Shown here: positions 8,913 through 17,918 of the stretch, piece by piece | Layout of the letters: every line of letters starts with the position of its first letter | How positions within the stretch are numbered: the first letter of the stretch is position 1 | DNA from: a virus | IMG/VR virus record: IMGVR_UViG_3300030106_006270 | Location: 31,891 to 95,890 of that record | Strand: one strand, 5' to 3' | DNA: 64,000 nt | Notes under the pieces: model-generated | Databases searched by the model: none | What the model saw: only the letters and a program-made list of their open reading frames with translations | Told to the model about the DNA's origin: nothing | Translations under genes and position numbers: made by a program

Positions 8913-9531
8913 TTTTTCTTATACTAAATAAATACTCAGCAACAACTTTACCAAAACTTTTATCCGATGGATAATGTGCCTTAGCTAAAATTCTTGATTG
9001 GGCAATATCTTCTCCTAACTGATTAAATACTTTTCTACTTTGTGGATACTTATCTGCAAAATACATACCTAATAAATATCCTTGTATGGCGTGTCCGCTT
9101 GGATAGGATGGAGTCTTCATCGTATCTAACTCAACACCATTTAAATTTATACCATAGAACTCAGCAATCTGATGAGGTCTTGGTCTGTTGTACTTATATT
9201 TCAATTCCATGACAAACTTCGCCGATTGTTTTAAAAGAGAGTCTAACTCCTCTTCTATGTAAGGTAGTTCCAACTCTGCTAAAGTATTTTTAAATACTTC
9301 TTTTATGTCATCATGCATTTCGACAAACTTTTTATTTTGTCTGATACTTGCTAAATGCTTGATTTCACTCAAAGTTGTTGCACTACTATTTTCGGGAGGT
9401 AACTGATTCGGTAATGCGTACTCGTTCTCAAAGAGAGTGAGCGGCGTCATCATTCTTTTTTTATGTCTGCCCTTCGGACCCGAATTATAAGTCATCTTAT
9501 TAAGCGCTAATAAGTCTGTTAGTTTAATCAA
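8893..9531 (-). CDS. PAP2/acid phosphatase-haloperoxidase family protein
   Basis: KYKYNRPRP, PSYPSGH and SRILAKAHYPSD, the three PAP2 motifs. Confidence 0.9.
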   Translation of the reverse strand: MIKLTDLLALNKMTYNSGPKGRHKKRMMTPLTLFENEYALPNQLPPENSSATTLSEIKHLASIRQNKKFVEMHDDIKEVFKNTLAELELPYIEEELDSLLKQSAKFVMELKYKYNRPRPHQIAEFYGINLNGVELDTMKTPSYPSGHAIQGYLLGMYFADKYPQSRKVFNQLGEDIAQSRILAKAHYPSDKSFGKVVAEYLFSIRKNEGFTS

Positions 9532-9590
9532 TCGATTTCTCCTCTAACTTATAATAAATATAAGGCAATATATAAAAAAAGAAAATTATT

Positions 9591-9734
9591 TTACCATTCT
9601 TCTCTTCTACCGAAATCGTTCTTTTCGATTCTTTTTTTCAAATGCCTTTTGTACATTTGTAGAAATATGAATTGTTTTATGACGCTAAGTAAATCATCAA
9701 AAAACCAATACACTTTCATTAACCAATAGGGCAT
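9591..9734 (-). CDS. Small hypothetical protein (47 aa, MPYWLMKVYWFFDD...)
   Basis: Manual translation; ATG overlaps the uvsE stop. Confidence 0.45.
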   Translation of the reverse strand: MPYWLMKVYWFFDDLLSVIKQFIFLQMYKRHLKKRIEKNDFGRREEW

Positions 9735-10678
9735 TATCCGTGCAATTCCAAATACTTTTTGACTGCTAATTCTTTGTGTTTAGCCTCTACCATGATATCA
9801 ACATCATTACCATAAGTGTCAATATAATCGTAGACATAATCAGAATGGGCTTGAGGTCTAATTGACTCGTCAAGTCGTTCTTTACTCCGACTCTCGCTAT
9901 AGTGTACAACTGGTGTGATACCTTCCGGCCAAGTTGATATAGCCAACTCCAAAGCCTCTTGTTCACTAAGCCCACCATCACAAAAGCGGTGGTGATGGTA
10001 GTCGAACACAATGGGCACGCCAATTCTACTGTATACTCCATGATATAACTCCTTAACTGAATACATATTTGCTTTATCATCATTCTCTACCGTCAAACGA
10101 GACTTAACTCTATCAGGTAGTCTTTCAAAATTTTTACAAAATCTTTCCATAGACTTTGGTTTGTTACCATAAGCACCACCGATGTGAATATTGATTTTGT
10201 TGTACGGTGTTCTACTCAATCCCATCATATCGAAAGTATCTCCATGATCTGTCAAATCACCAATACAGTTTTCTACAACGTGTTCGTGTGGTGATGTCAA
10301 TACATTAAAAGGACCAGGATGAGATGTAATCCTTACTTTATGAGTATCACATTTTATACCAGCGGAACGTAGGTAGGTTCTGATTCTAAATATGTCTTTT
10401 AAATCATCCCATTCGTACTCCGATTTCCAAGGTGCAAGACCTGATGTGATACGAAAGAAATTATACCCATTGAGTATATTCCAATCAATTATTCTATCCA
10501 AGTCCATAGCATTAGCTAGTGTAAGTTCACTAGCATAATCCAAACCTTTAGACTCGAAAGTTCGTTTAATCATACCACGACCAGTAGTAATTGGTTTCAC
10601 ACCTTTTTCTTTACCACCATATTTCTGTGGATAAGAAAGTTGCATATTGATACAAGCATAACCTATATTCATTACCAA
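9734..10678 (-). CDS. uvsE: UV-damage endonuclease UvsE/UVDE
   Basis: IGYACIN; FFRITS; HPGPFNVL; IHIGGAY; ENDD; FDYHHH; HSDY; MVEAKHKE. Confidence 0.95.
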   Translation of the reverse strand: MVMNIGYACINMQLSYPQKYGGKEKGVKPITTGRGMIKRTFESKGLDYASELTLANAMDLDRIIDWNILNGYNFFRITSGLAPWKSEYEWDDLKDIFRIRTYLRSAGIKCDTHKVRITSHPGPFNVLTSPHEHVVENCIGDLTDHGDTFDMMGLSRTPYNKINIHIGGAYGNKPKSMERFCKNFERLPDRVKSRLTVENDDKANMYSVKELYHGVYSRIGVPIVFDYHHHRFCDGGLSEQEALELAISTWPEGITPVVHYSESRSKERLDESIRPQAHSDYVYDYIDTYGNDVDIMVEAKHKELAVKKYLELHG

Positions 10679-10752
10679 TTCCTAAAATCGTCTCTGTACA
10701 ACCAATATGTTAAAAATAATATAGCCGTAGCTATTCCTAATCCTAGTTCCAT
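10672..10752 (-). CDS. 26-aa single-TM micropeptide MELGLGIATAILFLTYWLYRDDFRNW
   Basis: Manual translation; AGGAG RBS; stop coupled to the uvsE start. Confidence 0.55.
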   Translation of the reverse strand: MELGLGIATAILFLTYWLYRDDFRNW

Positions 10753-10770
10753 AGTTAACTCCTATTTTGT

Positions 10771-11325
10771 TTAAACTTTAAGTTTTGTTTTTTCCTTATC
10801 ACTAAAATTTTCAAAGTATTTAGTGTCCAATAATTTCTTGTGCGATTTACCGAAGTGTTCTCTAGTTGCAATATTAATTAAGAAGTAAGGTGCTTTCTTT
10901 CGAGTGGGTTCTCCAGCTGCAGTAAAATCTTCATATGGTGATAAACACAATGCTTTAAGTCCTGTTTTCTTAATTGCTTTTTGTAAGAACTTCTGATATT
11001 TTGTTCTCTCTACATCTTTCCATTCAATACTTTCGGTATCCATACATATGAACAGCGCAGAATCTTTTTTTGAATTTCTAAAACTATTGAATAACTCATA
11101 GAAACTTTTTTTATCTGGTTTCCATATATCAATGTAAAGATTATCTTTTTCAATTTCTGCTTTAAGAAACGGACATACAGGCATATCAGAAAAAGATTTG
11201 TTTGGCTTTTGTAGATAATTGAAGTATTCTTTTGACTCCAAAAATATTTGCCAGTCATCCTTATCTAGCATTTCTAATTGCGTGTTTTGATTAAATAGTT
11301 CTAATTGCACTATTGCCATTTCCAT
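10771..11325 (-). CDS. Hypothetical protein (PVCPF motif, DUF1415/DUF6875-like)
   Basis: ORF track; CPF motif. Confidence 0.5.
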   Translation of the reverse strand: MEMAIVQLELFNQNTQLEMLDKDDWQIFLESKEYFNYLQKPNKSFSDMPVCPFLKAEIEKDNLYIDIWKPDKKSFYELFNSFRNSKKDSALFICMDTESIEWKDVERTKYQKFLQKAIKKTGLKALCLSPYEDFTAAGEPTRKKAPYFLINIATREHFGKSHKKLLDTKYFENFSDKEKTKLKV

Positions 11326-11848
11326 CCGTTTCTAATTTGCATAATAAGTATCAATAATAATGCCAGTAATAAAAAATATTTAATCATTAAAAATATCTCT
11401 CTCAAGTTCTTTCGATAAATTATAAACAACAACCACTGAAACTATATAAAATAATAATTCAATCATTTCCATATTCCTACATCCCAAGGTTCTCTTGGTT
11501 TATAACCTTTTCTTTTTAGTTCTTTTGCAAACTTAGCTGATTGTCTAATAACCAACCACTCTTTAAATCTCTGCCATAATTTAATCATTCCAACTATCAA
11601 CCACTCCTTTTATATATTTGAATATTATGAAGATTATTGGCATCCAAACATACCATACATCCATTACTTCTTTATAATTCATCTTTCTTTTTACTTAAAT
11701 TTCTTGGTTTACCATTTGAGAATAGACTTTTGAATGTTGATGGTAAGAACTTATCCAAATAATTATCAACAATTATAAAGTGATAAAACAATACCGTTGG
11801 AATAAAAATACAAACAGCAATAATAATAGCTAGTAACTCATTACTCAT
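11310..11848 (-). CDS. Train of five coupled micro-ORFs (11672-11848, 11581-11682, 11463-11588, 11380-11466, 11310-11387), mostly single-TM or amphipathic
   Basis: Manual translation; each start overlaps the previous stop (ATGA / ATGATTAA junctions). Confidence 0.55.
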
Positions 11849-12159
11849 TTGACTTGCATCCTTTGTAAACTTTCTGGCACATTCTGTTGTATGTAATGTT
11901 GTATTACAAATGCTTCTACTATGTGAGTGAAGAACCAGAAGAATGTAAGCAACGGTACATATATTCTAAAATCTAATTCTAATATCGAAATTCCTAACCA
12001 AGTCAGAAAAATCATACCCATCGATTTAGTCAAAAAACTGATGCCTGTAAATCCCAAAGAGAATACACTACCTCTTTGTGTAACTACATAAAGACCAACA
12101 ATCAGATGTGACAAATTTAAGATTATTGGTGCGAGTATACCTAATAAGATATATGCCAT
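11845..12159 (-). CDS. Small 3-TM membrane protein
   Basis: Hydrophobic segments. Confidence 0.55.
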   Translation of the reverse strand: MAYILLGILAPIILNLSHLIVGLYVVTQRGSVFSLGFTGISFLTKSMGMIFLTWLGISILELDFRIYVPLLTFFWFFTHIVEAFVIQHYIQQNVPESLQRMQVK

Positions 12160-12503
12160 ATTTCTCCTGTATGTGGTAATCTTATTAAATAATAGTATCT
12201 TCCATCTATTGTGAAAAGTTCATTCTGAGAATATGGATTCACAAGCTCATATACTATTCGTTCCAATAGAATCTCTTTCACTTCTTCGGAATGTGCTTCT
12301 ACCATATTGTTGAAACTATATGGTTCTACTATATCAATATCCAAATAACAAGCACCATCATATGTCGCTGATAATCTGTATGGCACCATCTCAACCTTTT
12401 GTCCAGCTTTTGGATATGATTGCGCTTCTGTAAGAGATATACTGAGTATAAGTGTAGCAGCTGCTATAACAAAGTGTATTAGTGAAATTGATGTTCTTTT
12501 CAT
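12141..12503 (-). CDS. Secreted hypothetical protein
   Basis: N-terminal signal peptide. Confidence 0.55.
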   Translation of the reverse strand: MKRTSISLIHFVIAAATLILSISLTEAQSYPKAGQKVEMVPYRLSATYDGACYLDIDIVEPYSFNNMVEAHSEEVKEILLERIVYELVNPYSQNELFTIDGRYYYLIRLPHTGEIWHISY

Positions 12504-12520
12504 TGTATTTATCCTTTTAT

Positions 12521-12862
12521 TTATAAATTAGTTACTTGTATCAAAATAATTGCTAGAGCTAATAATAGACTAATAATTGTTTTTATAGTTGGAATCTCTC
12601 CAATCATAGCCCATGCCATAATACCGAATACGATTGTGCTAATACCAAAACCAGCTAACCTCATATTCCAAAAAGCACCAAAGTGTTCGTAAGACAATTT
12701 TGTACTCCAAAAAAACATCGGTGCGATAATAAGACTTGTGGCATACATCCACCATATAGATTGTAACCAAGGTTTATTCCACACTACCCATCCCTGTAAC
12801 TGAAAGAATGCAACAACTGAACCAACTAACTGAGCTATTATAGCCCACCATAATTTACTCAT
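12521..12862 (-). CDS. 4-TM membrane protein (SMR/DMT-like topology)
   Basis: Four hydrophobic helices; GE near the last helix. Confidence 0.5.
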   Translation of the reverse strand: MSKLWWAIIAQLVGSVVAFFQLQGWVVWNKPWLQSIWWMYATSLIIAPMFFWSTKLSYEHFGAFWNMRLAGFGISTIVFGIMAWAMIGEIPTIKTIISLLLALAIILIQVTNL

Positions 12863-13070
12863 ATAATTTCCTTCTAAAAGAATCGCTTAGCTCCTTTATA
12901 TGTCTACATTTTTTTCTGAACATAAAACCTTTACAATTACAACTATAGCTTTTGTCATAGGGATTCCACTCTACGACATATCTATTACCTTTTGAACCAT
13001 CTACAACCCACTGATTATCTTCTATGATAACACCATCAAATTTTTCAATTAATGTTTCAAGTAAGTTCAC
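12855..13070 (-). CDS. SWIM zinc-finger protein
   Basis: GSKGNRYVV...CNCKGFMFRKKCRH (CxC...CxH). Confidence 0.85.
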   Translation of the reverse strand: MNLLETLIEKFDGVIIEDNQWVVDGSKGNRYVVEWNPYDKSYSCNCKGFMFRKKCRHIKELSDSFRRKLYE

Positions 13071-13285
13071 ACAGCACCTATACTAGCAAGATGGTCTAAT
13101 TCGTCTTTATTACTATCTAATATAGCCCTCTCTATTTCATCTTTAAGATTGTACAATTCATATCTTGCACCATCAATTGAACCACGAGTATCTGTATTTG
13201 ATTCATACTCAGGTAGTTGATTTACAGCGTCATCGAGCTCACCCTCAATGATTTGTAATGTTTCTAAAATTTTTTTATATTCCAT
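13067..13285 (-). CDS. Acidic helical hypothetical protein
   Basis: ORF track. Confidence 0.5.
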   Translation of the reverse strand: MEYKKILETLQIIEGELDDAVNQLPEYESNTDTRGSIDGARYELYNLKDEIERAILDSNKDELDHLASIGAV

Positions 13286-13529
13286 AGTGTAACTCCGCTT
13301 TCATTTCAAGATGTTCTACTTCGTCATTACTCATCGGTACATTATCAAATTTACCATGCAAATTTTCAGCCAACTCATGCACCAATTCTTGCGCCGTACC
13401 CACAGCAGAATTAGCTTCTACTGTACTGTCTGTATCAGTAAGGTGATGAGCATCTGTTAGTTCATCAGCAATAGCTAGTAAGTAATTTAGTATCTGTTCT
13501 TTAGTTAAGTTCATTGTTTTTCCTTTCAT
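13275..13529 (-). CDS. Acidic helical hypothetical protein, first gene after an early-type promoter
   Basis: ORF track; promoter at 13540-13568. Confidence 0.5.
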   Translation of the reverse strand: MKGKTMNLTKEQILNYLLAIADELTDAHHLTDTDSTVEANSAVGTAQELVHELAENLHGKFDNVPMSNDEVEHLEMKAELHYGI

Positions 13530-13539
13530 TTCTTAACTA

Positions 13540-13568
13540 AAGCTACGAAGAATTTTGCTATAATACAA
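13540..13568 (-). promoter_or_regulatory. Sigma70-type promoter TTGTAT-N17-TAGCTT
   Basis: One of six copies with exact 17-bp spacing and conserved TTCGTAGCTTT. Confidence 0.75.
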
Positions 13569-13571
13569 GGA

Positions 13572-13886
13572 TTATTTCTTGTTTTTTTGATCTTTTTTGT
13601 ACTTTATCTTTTCTATGATATTACCAAATGTATCGTGGTCATATATTGATTCTGAACCATCTCTATGTACAGTTCCATTTTTTATACTCTCATCTACGAA
13701 TGCAATATGTGGTGGGTGTTCTGCTGGTAAAACTAATGCTAAATCTACATTTTCAAATTCTAATAATGCCCAACTACTGTCTTGATACTTAACTTTACAA
13801 TCTCTATTTTTAGTATACCAGTCTACTCCTCTATTTATGTTATTAACCACTATCGCTATATGGTCAATTTTTTCCATCACTATCAC
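13572..13886 (-). CDS. VOC/glyoxalase-family protein
   Basis: IDHIAIVV; PPHIAF; HRDGSESIY; GNIIE. Confidence 0.85.
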   Translation of the reverse strand: MIVMEKIDHIAIVVNNINRGVDWYTKNRDCKVKYQDSSWALLEFENVDLALVLPAEHPPHIAFVDESIKNGTVHRDGSESIYDHDTFGNIIEKIKYKKDQKNKK

Positions 13887-14166
13887 TCCACTTTCTGATA
13901 TCTAAACTTTTCATAATCTCTTCTAACGTCAAACCATCATTAGGATTTTTTTCTTTCTTACTCATATCTTGAATTCTTGTACTCATAATCATAGCATCTA
14001 ACATCTCATCATATGAACGCATTTTTTTCAGTTTATCAATAAAATCACCTAACTCATCTACACTAGGATTTCTATCTGCTAACATCTGTAACATAGCGAT
14101 TATCTGATTTATTTCTTTTCCGAATAACAAGTAACACTCATTATCATTGTGAAAGTTCATTTCCAT
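13864..14166 (-). CDS. Hypothetical protein
   Basis: ORF track; GGAG RBS. Confidence 0.5.
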   Translation of the reverse strand: MEMNFHNDNECYLLFGKEINQIIAMLQMLADRNPSVDELGDFIDKLKKMRSYDEMLDAMIMSTRIQDMSKKEKNPNDGLTLEEIMKSLDIRKWSDSDGKN

Positions 14167-14174
14167 TACAACTC

Positions 14175-14816
14175 CTATTTACTACTATAACTTACTAACT
14201 GATTACTTAACAAACTTTGTATTGAATAATATAAAGATGGATTTCTCTTAAGCAGTTCTTTGAACTCATCTTGTTTCCAAACCAAACATTCAGTTGCGTG
14301 TTTTGTTATACAAGTTGCCGTTGCTGGTTTCTCTGTAAGAAAAGACATCTCCCCAACAAACTGCCCATCTCTAAGTTCAGCAACCTTACCTTTGTCTACA
14401 GCAACATCTACTGTACCATTGTATATCAACACTAAATCTTTTACTGGCAAACCTTGTTTAATTATCTTCTGTCCTGACTTAAATTTTTTCCAACTAGCAA
14501 TCTTACTAATCTTTAGATATTCTACAGGACTCAAATCTTTGAATAATGTTTCATATAATTCTTTATCTTTAGGATTCATATGTACTGGCCTTTTCTCATA
14601 AATGATTACGGATATATGATAAAAATTCAACACAATGAAAACTAAGTTCCAATGTATGGCAATCCACATCGGTTCTACTGGTATAACCCAATTATAAAAA
14701 ATAGAAAATGCGCTTGCCAGTATAGATACTATTCTAAGCCATAGTATGTCTTTTACTAAAAAAGAAAATGCGATTAATCCAAAGGCTAGATGCCCAGCTA
14801 TAGTTGCTATATTCAT
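14175..14816 (-). CDS. Popeye-domain-like membrane protein (3 TM + cyclic-nucleotide-binding domain)
   Basis: DILWLR TM motif; LYETLFKDLS; GQFVGEMSFLTEKPATAT cNMP fold. Confidence 0.85.
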   Translation of the reverse strand: MNIATIAGHLAFGLIAFSFLVKDILWLRIVSILASAFSIFYNWVIPVEPMWIAIHWNLVFIVLNFYHISVIIYEKRPVHMNPKDKELYETLFKDLSPVEYLKISKIASWKKFKSGQKIIKQGLPVKDLVLIYNGTVDVAVDKGKVAELRDGQFVGEMSFLTEKPATATCITKHATECLVWKQDEFKELLKRNPSLYYSIQSLLSNQLVSYSSK

Positions 14817-14831
14817 ATAAATAAGTATTAT

Positions 14832-15089
14832 TCAATCTTCTTTTCCATCGGGCTCATCCCAATATCTTTCCTCACCAACTTCATTTATTTGATACTCTAC
14901 AAAGTCTTCCGAACTCATATTATCGTCTCCCATATAGTCAATGCCAAAAGTAAGGTAATCTTCTATATATCTTTGAATGTCTTTTGGCTGTATGTATAAT
15001 CCATAAATACTCATGGGTCTCTTCTTAGCCATTCTCTTTTGGTCTTTACATATTCTCTTATGTATATAATGACCTAATTTATTCAACAT
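14832..15089 (-). CDS. Hypothetical protein
   Basis: ORF track. Confidence 0.45.
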   Translation of the reverse strand: MLNKLGHYIHKRICKDQKRMAKKRPMSIYGLYIQPKDIQRYIEDYLTFGIDYMGDDNMSSEDFVEYQINEVGEERYWDEPDGKED

Positions 15090-15336
15090 CCAAGCTACTC
15101 CACCTTTTCAACTTTTTCTTTTTGACTTTTACTCTTTCTTCAATATCACTCCAACTGATAAGGTCATACTCATGCATCAATTCAATCATACAATACAAAT
15201 CACCAACCTCTTCTGTTAGTTTTTCTCTAGTGCGACTTTCATAGTAATCATCGCACCTGATTGCTTTACTGCATGCTTGTATCAACTCACCACACTCTTC
15301 CATTGTAATGGTTAGTAACTCTTGTAATTTATCCAT
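15079..15336 (-). CDS. MazG-like NTP pyrophosphohydrolase
   Basis: MEECGELIQACSK...EEVGD. Confidence 0.85.
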   Translation of the reverse strand: MDKLQELLTITMEECGELIQACSKAIRCDDYYESRTREKLTEEVGDLYCMIELMHEYDLISWSDIEERVKVKKKKLKRWSSLDVE

Positions 15337-15337
15337 A

Positions 15338-15868
15338 TCACAATCTCCTCATAAACTTCCTCTGCTTTGTTGTCATCATTTGTTGTGACGCTAACTCATT
15401 CATAATAGTAGATTTATTCATAAGAGTAATCTTATCGTCACTGTACAATGATTGTGTGTAGTTACAAGCAGCTTGATAACCTCTACTGTCAAACTCTGTC
15501 ATAACCAACTTAGTTGCTTTTTGTATTGAGAGCAGGGTGGGAGTCGAACCCACTAACTTCGGGTTTGCAATCCGAGCCCTTTTCCGATTGGGTACCTGCT
15601 CATTGTATTTCTTTAACCATCTATCCCAGCTGTTGTCAGCAAAGATACCTTTGGCTCTCTTATTACCACCAACACCTCTTCTGTCTAATCTCTTCAGTTC
15701 ATCAGACTTCTCACTAGATACTGGCTGAATGTAACCACCTGTTTTATGTGGGTATACTGTATGTGACGAATACTTTTGAGTATCACTACATTCAACACAT
15801 ACATCATAACCCAACTTAATACGCTCATCAGTTAACTGATGTTCACATTGTTTACATTTCTGGCACAT
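15338..15868 (-). CDS. C4 zinc-finger (DksA/TraR-like) protein whose ORF reads through a tRNA gene
   Basis: CKQC...ERIKLGYDVCVECS; frame stays open across the tRNA. Confidence 0.65.
   Translation of the reverse strand: MCQKCKQCEHQLTDERIKLGYDVCVECSDTQKYSSHTVYPHKTGGYIQPVSSEKSDELKRLDRRGVGGNKRAKGIFADNSWDRWLKKYNEQVPNRKRARIANPKLVGSTPTLLSIQKATKLVMTEFDSRGYQAACNYTQSLYSDDKITLMNKSTIMNELASQQMMTTKQRKFMRRL
15529..15601 (-). tRNA. tRNA-Cys(GCA)
   Basis: GAGCAGG/CCTGCTC acceptor; CCC/GGG D-stem; TCGGA-TT GCA AA-CCCGA anticodon arm; GTGGG-TTCGACT-CCCAC T-arm; U73 discriminator; CCA not encoded. Confidence 0.85.
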
Positions 15869-16085
15869 CTCTGTCCAAATCTATTTCGGTTTCAAAGCCT
15901 GTAGTTTGTAGACTATCTAAGTAACTGACATCCTCATCATTGTAACCATAAGAGTCATAAGGAGGACCTGGCAATTCAGGTTCGTCAGGGTCTATGATAT
16001 CGATAGAATGGTCATAAACTTCGTTATCCATTTCTTCGAAAAAGTCATCCATATCTTTTTGTATTTCCGATAGTGTTGTATTCAT
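15852..16085 (-). CDS. Highly acidic small protein
   Basis: D/E-rich; AAGGA RBS; directly after an early-type promoter. Confidence 0.55.
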   Translation of the reverse strand: MNTTLSEIQKDMDDFFEEMDNEVYDHSIDIIDPDEPELPGPPYDSYGYNDEDVSYLDSLQTTGFETEIDLDRDVPEM

Positions 16086-16111
16086 TATATATCCTTTATT
16101 TTTTACATCTA

Positions 16112-16140
16112 AAGCTACGAATAAATACGCTAAAAGTCAA
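16112..16140 (-). promoter_or_regulatory. Sigma70-type promoter TTGACT-N17-TAGCTT
   Basis: Conserved six-copy motif. Confidence 0.8.
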
Positions 16141-16158
16141 GCACTTTTTCCTGTTTTT

Positions 16159-17910
16159 TTACAATAAATGTGACACCTCAATATGTTCTGCATTGAACTG
16201 TTTTTTCTTTATACCACAGCCCTCTACGAATGTCCACTGTTTTCCACCTTTGAAAATTCTTTTATCTATAATTAAATCTATATATCTATCATTACTCACA
16301 CCTATGCTCATAAGTATTAGTTTCTTCTTAAATCTGTATATAGCTCTACTGTTTGCCACAACTCCACTGAAGTAAGTAACTCCTTCGGATTCTTCACAAC
16401 CAAAGTCGTTTGATAGAAAATCAGAACCATCCCACCAACCTGTTTTTTCAAACTGAAACATTGGTGGGCCTTGCTTTCTATTATATAAGTAATTACCGGC
16501 TAATATACTTTGTCTTCTATGCACCCATCTACGATAAGATGAGTTACAATTCTTAATAGTGGCTTTCCAAAACTTCTGTGGTTCTCTGGCTTTCCAATAA
16601 GCCAATGCCCATACTAATTGTCCATAGGATAAAGCGTGTCCTCTGCAGTAACTATACTTCGGTGAGTGTCTTAGTTCAGTAATAATATTTGATTGGTCAG
16701 CGTCTTTCTTTTTACCTTGCAATCTATTGAGAAACTCATCCATCACATCAGGTTGTTGTTTGCTCCAACCTCTACGGTATCTATCGGCAAAATCCATAGA
16801 ACATCCTAAACTATCAGAGATATATTCTATGGCATCTTCATCAGTTATTATCTGTCTCTTACCCTTACCACCACTACGGAAGTAAGCTGCTTTCCTACCA
16901 CCATCGGCAGCGGCTGGTCTTATCAAAGCCAGAGCCAACGCCACATCATACACATTCTTTGGTTGCAAAGCCAGTATAGTCTTTCTCATAGTACGGCTTT
17001 CACTTTGAGTTAAACCTATGACTTCTCCTCTGCATAGTAATTCAGAAGCTAACTTATCATCCTGCGGATACTCTGCTACAGGTTTGGAACTAAGTTGCCA
17101 CAATTGAGATAATCCTCTATTACATAGTAAATCTATTTTGATTAAGTTCTGCTCCTCAACATCGTACTTGTCTAATATGATTTGCTTCCTCTGTTCTTTC
17201 AACCAAAGTTCATTCGGTACATTGTCGTTAAAAACAATCAACCCACCACAATGTAGAGACCACTGTCGTTGCTTACCCAAAAGAGATTTCGCATAGTGTT
17301 GAACGTCTTTACGAACATAAGGGTCGGGAAAGATGTCGGAGAGTTTGTACCTTCGTGGAAGAAACTTACGATAACCAAATTTTCGAATTGCTTCCCTCAT
17401 AGCAGACTTAGGCTTGTACATAACTTTATTACTTATCCTAGCAACTTTGTTAGGGTGTATCTCGTGGAACTGCTCTATCAAATCATCCCTAATAAAGTGA
17501 GGTACATCTAAGTCGATATCGGGTTGGGTATCCCTACACCAGTTCATAAATCTAGTTAATGGAATCTTTTCTCGGATAGGGTCGATATCACTAATTCCTA
17601 ATTGATAACAGATTAACGAACTAGCCGCTGAACCTCTGAGGACATGCGGTATGTTTTGATTTTTAATCAACTGTAGTAAATCACTTACTCTGTGAAATGT
17701 AGAGACAAAACCTTTTTGCTCAATAATCTTATACTCTTTGTCTAATCTTCTGATATACTCCATACCAGTGGGATAAGGGCGTCTGAATCTTTTAATCAAT
17801 GCCCCTATGGGCTGGGAATACTTTTTATCAACTAAACCTATGTGTAAATCTGAATTACTTATATAACCTTCCATGCAGTAATAAATAGTTTCGGAAGGAT
17901 GGAATATCAA
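16159..17910 (-). CDS. dnaE: Compact family-C DNA polymerase (DnaE-like, lacking the PHP domain); true start possibly 17874
   Basis: RGSAASSLICYQLGISDIDP; PDIDLD; HCGG; KIDLL; ALALIRP; YSYCRGHA...LAYWKA. Confidence 0.85.
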   Translation of the reverse strand: MIFHPSETIYYCMEGYISNSDLHIGLVDKKYSQPIGALIKRFRRPYPTGMEYIRRLDKEYKIIEQKGFVSTFHRVSDLLQLIKNQNIPHVLRGSAASSLICYQLGISDIDPIREKIPLTRFMNWCRDTQPDIDLDVPHFIRDDLIEQFHEIHPNKVARISNKVMYKPKSAMREAIRKFGYRKFLPRRYKLSDIFPDPYVRKDVQHYAKSLLGKQRQWSLHCGGLIVFNDNVPNELWLKEQRKQIILDKYDVEEQNLIKIDLLCNRGLSQLWQLSSKPVAEYPQDDKLASELLCRGEVIGLTQSESRTMRKTILALQPKNVYDVALALALIRPAAADGGRKAAYFRSGGKGKRQIITDEDAIEYISDSLGCSMDFADRYRRGWSKQQPDVMDEFLNRLQGKKKDADQSNIITELRHSPKYSYCRGHALSYGQLVWALAYWKAREPQKFWKATIKNCNSSYRRWVHRRQSILAGNYLYNRKQGPPMFQFEKTGWWDGSDFLSNDFGCEESEGVTYFSGVVANSRAIYRFKKKLILMSIGVSNDRYIDLIIDKRIFKGGKQWTFVEGCGIKKKQFNAEHIEVSHLL

Positions 17911-17918
17911 TTATTTTT

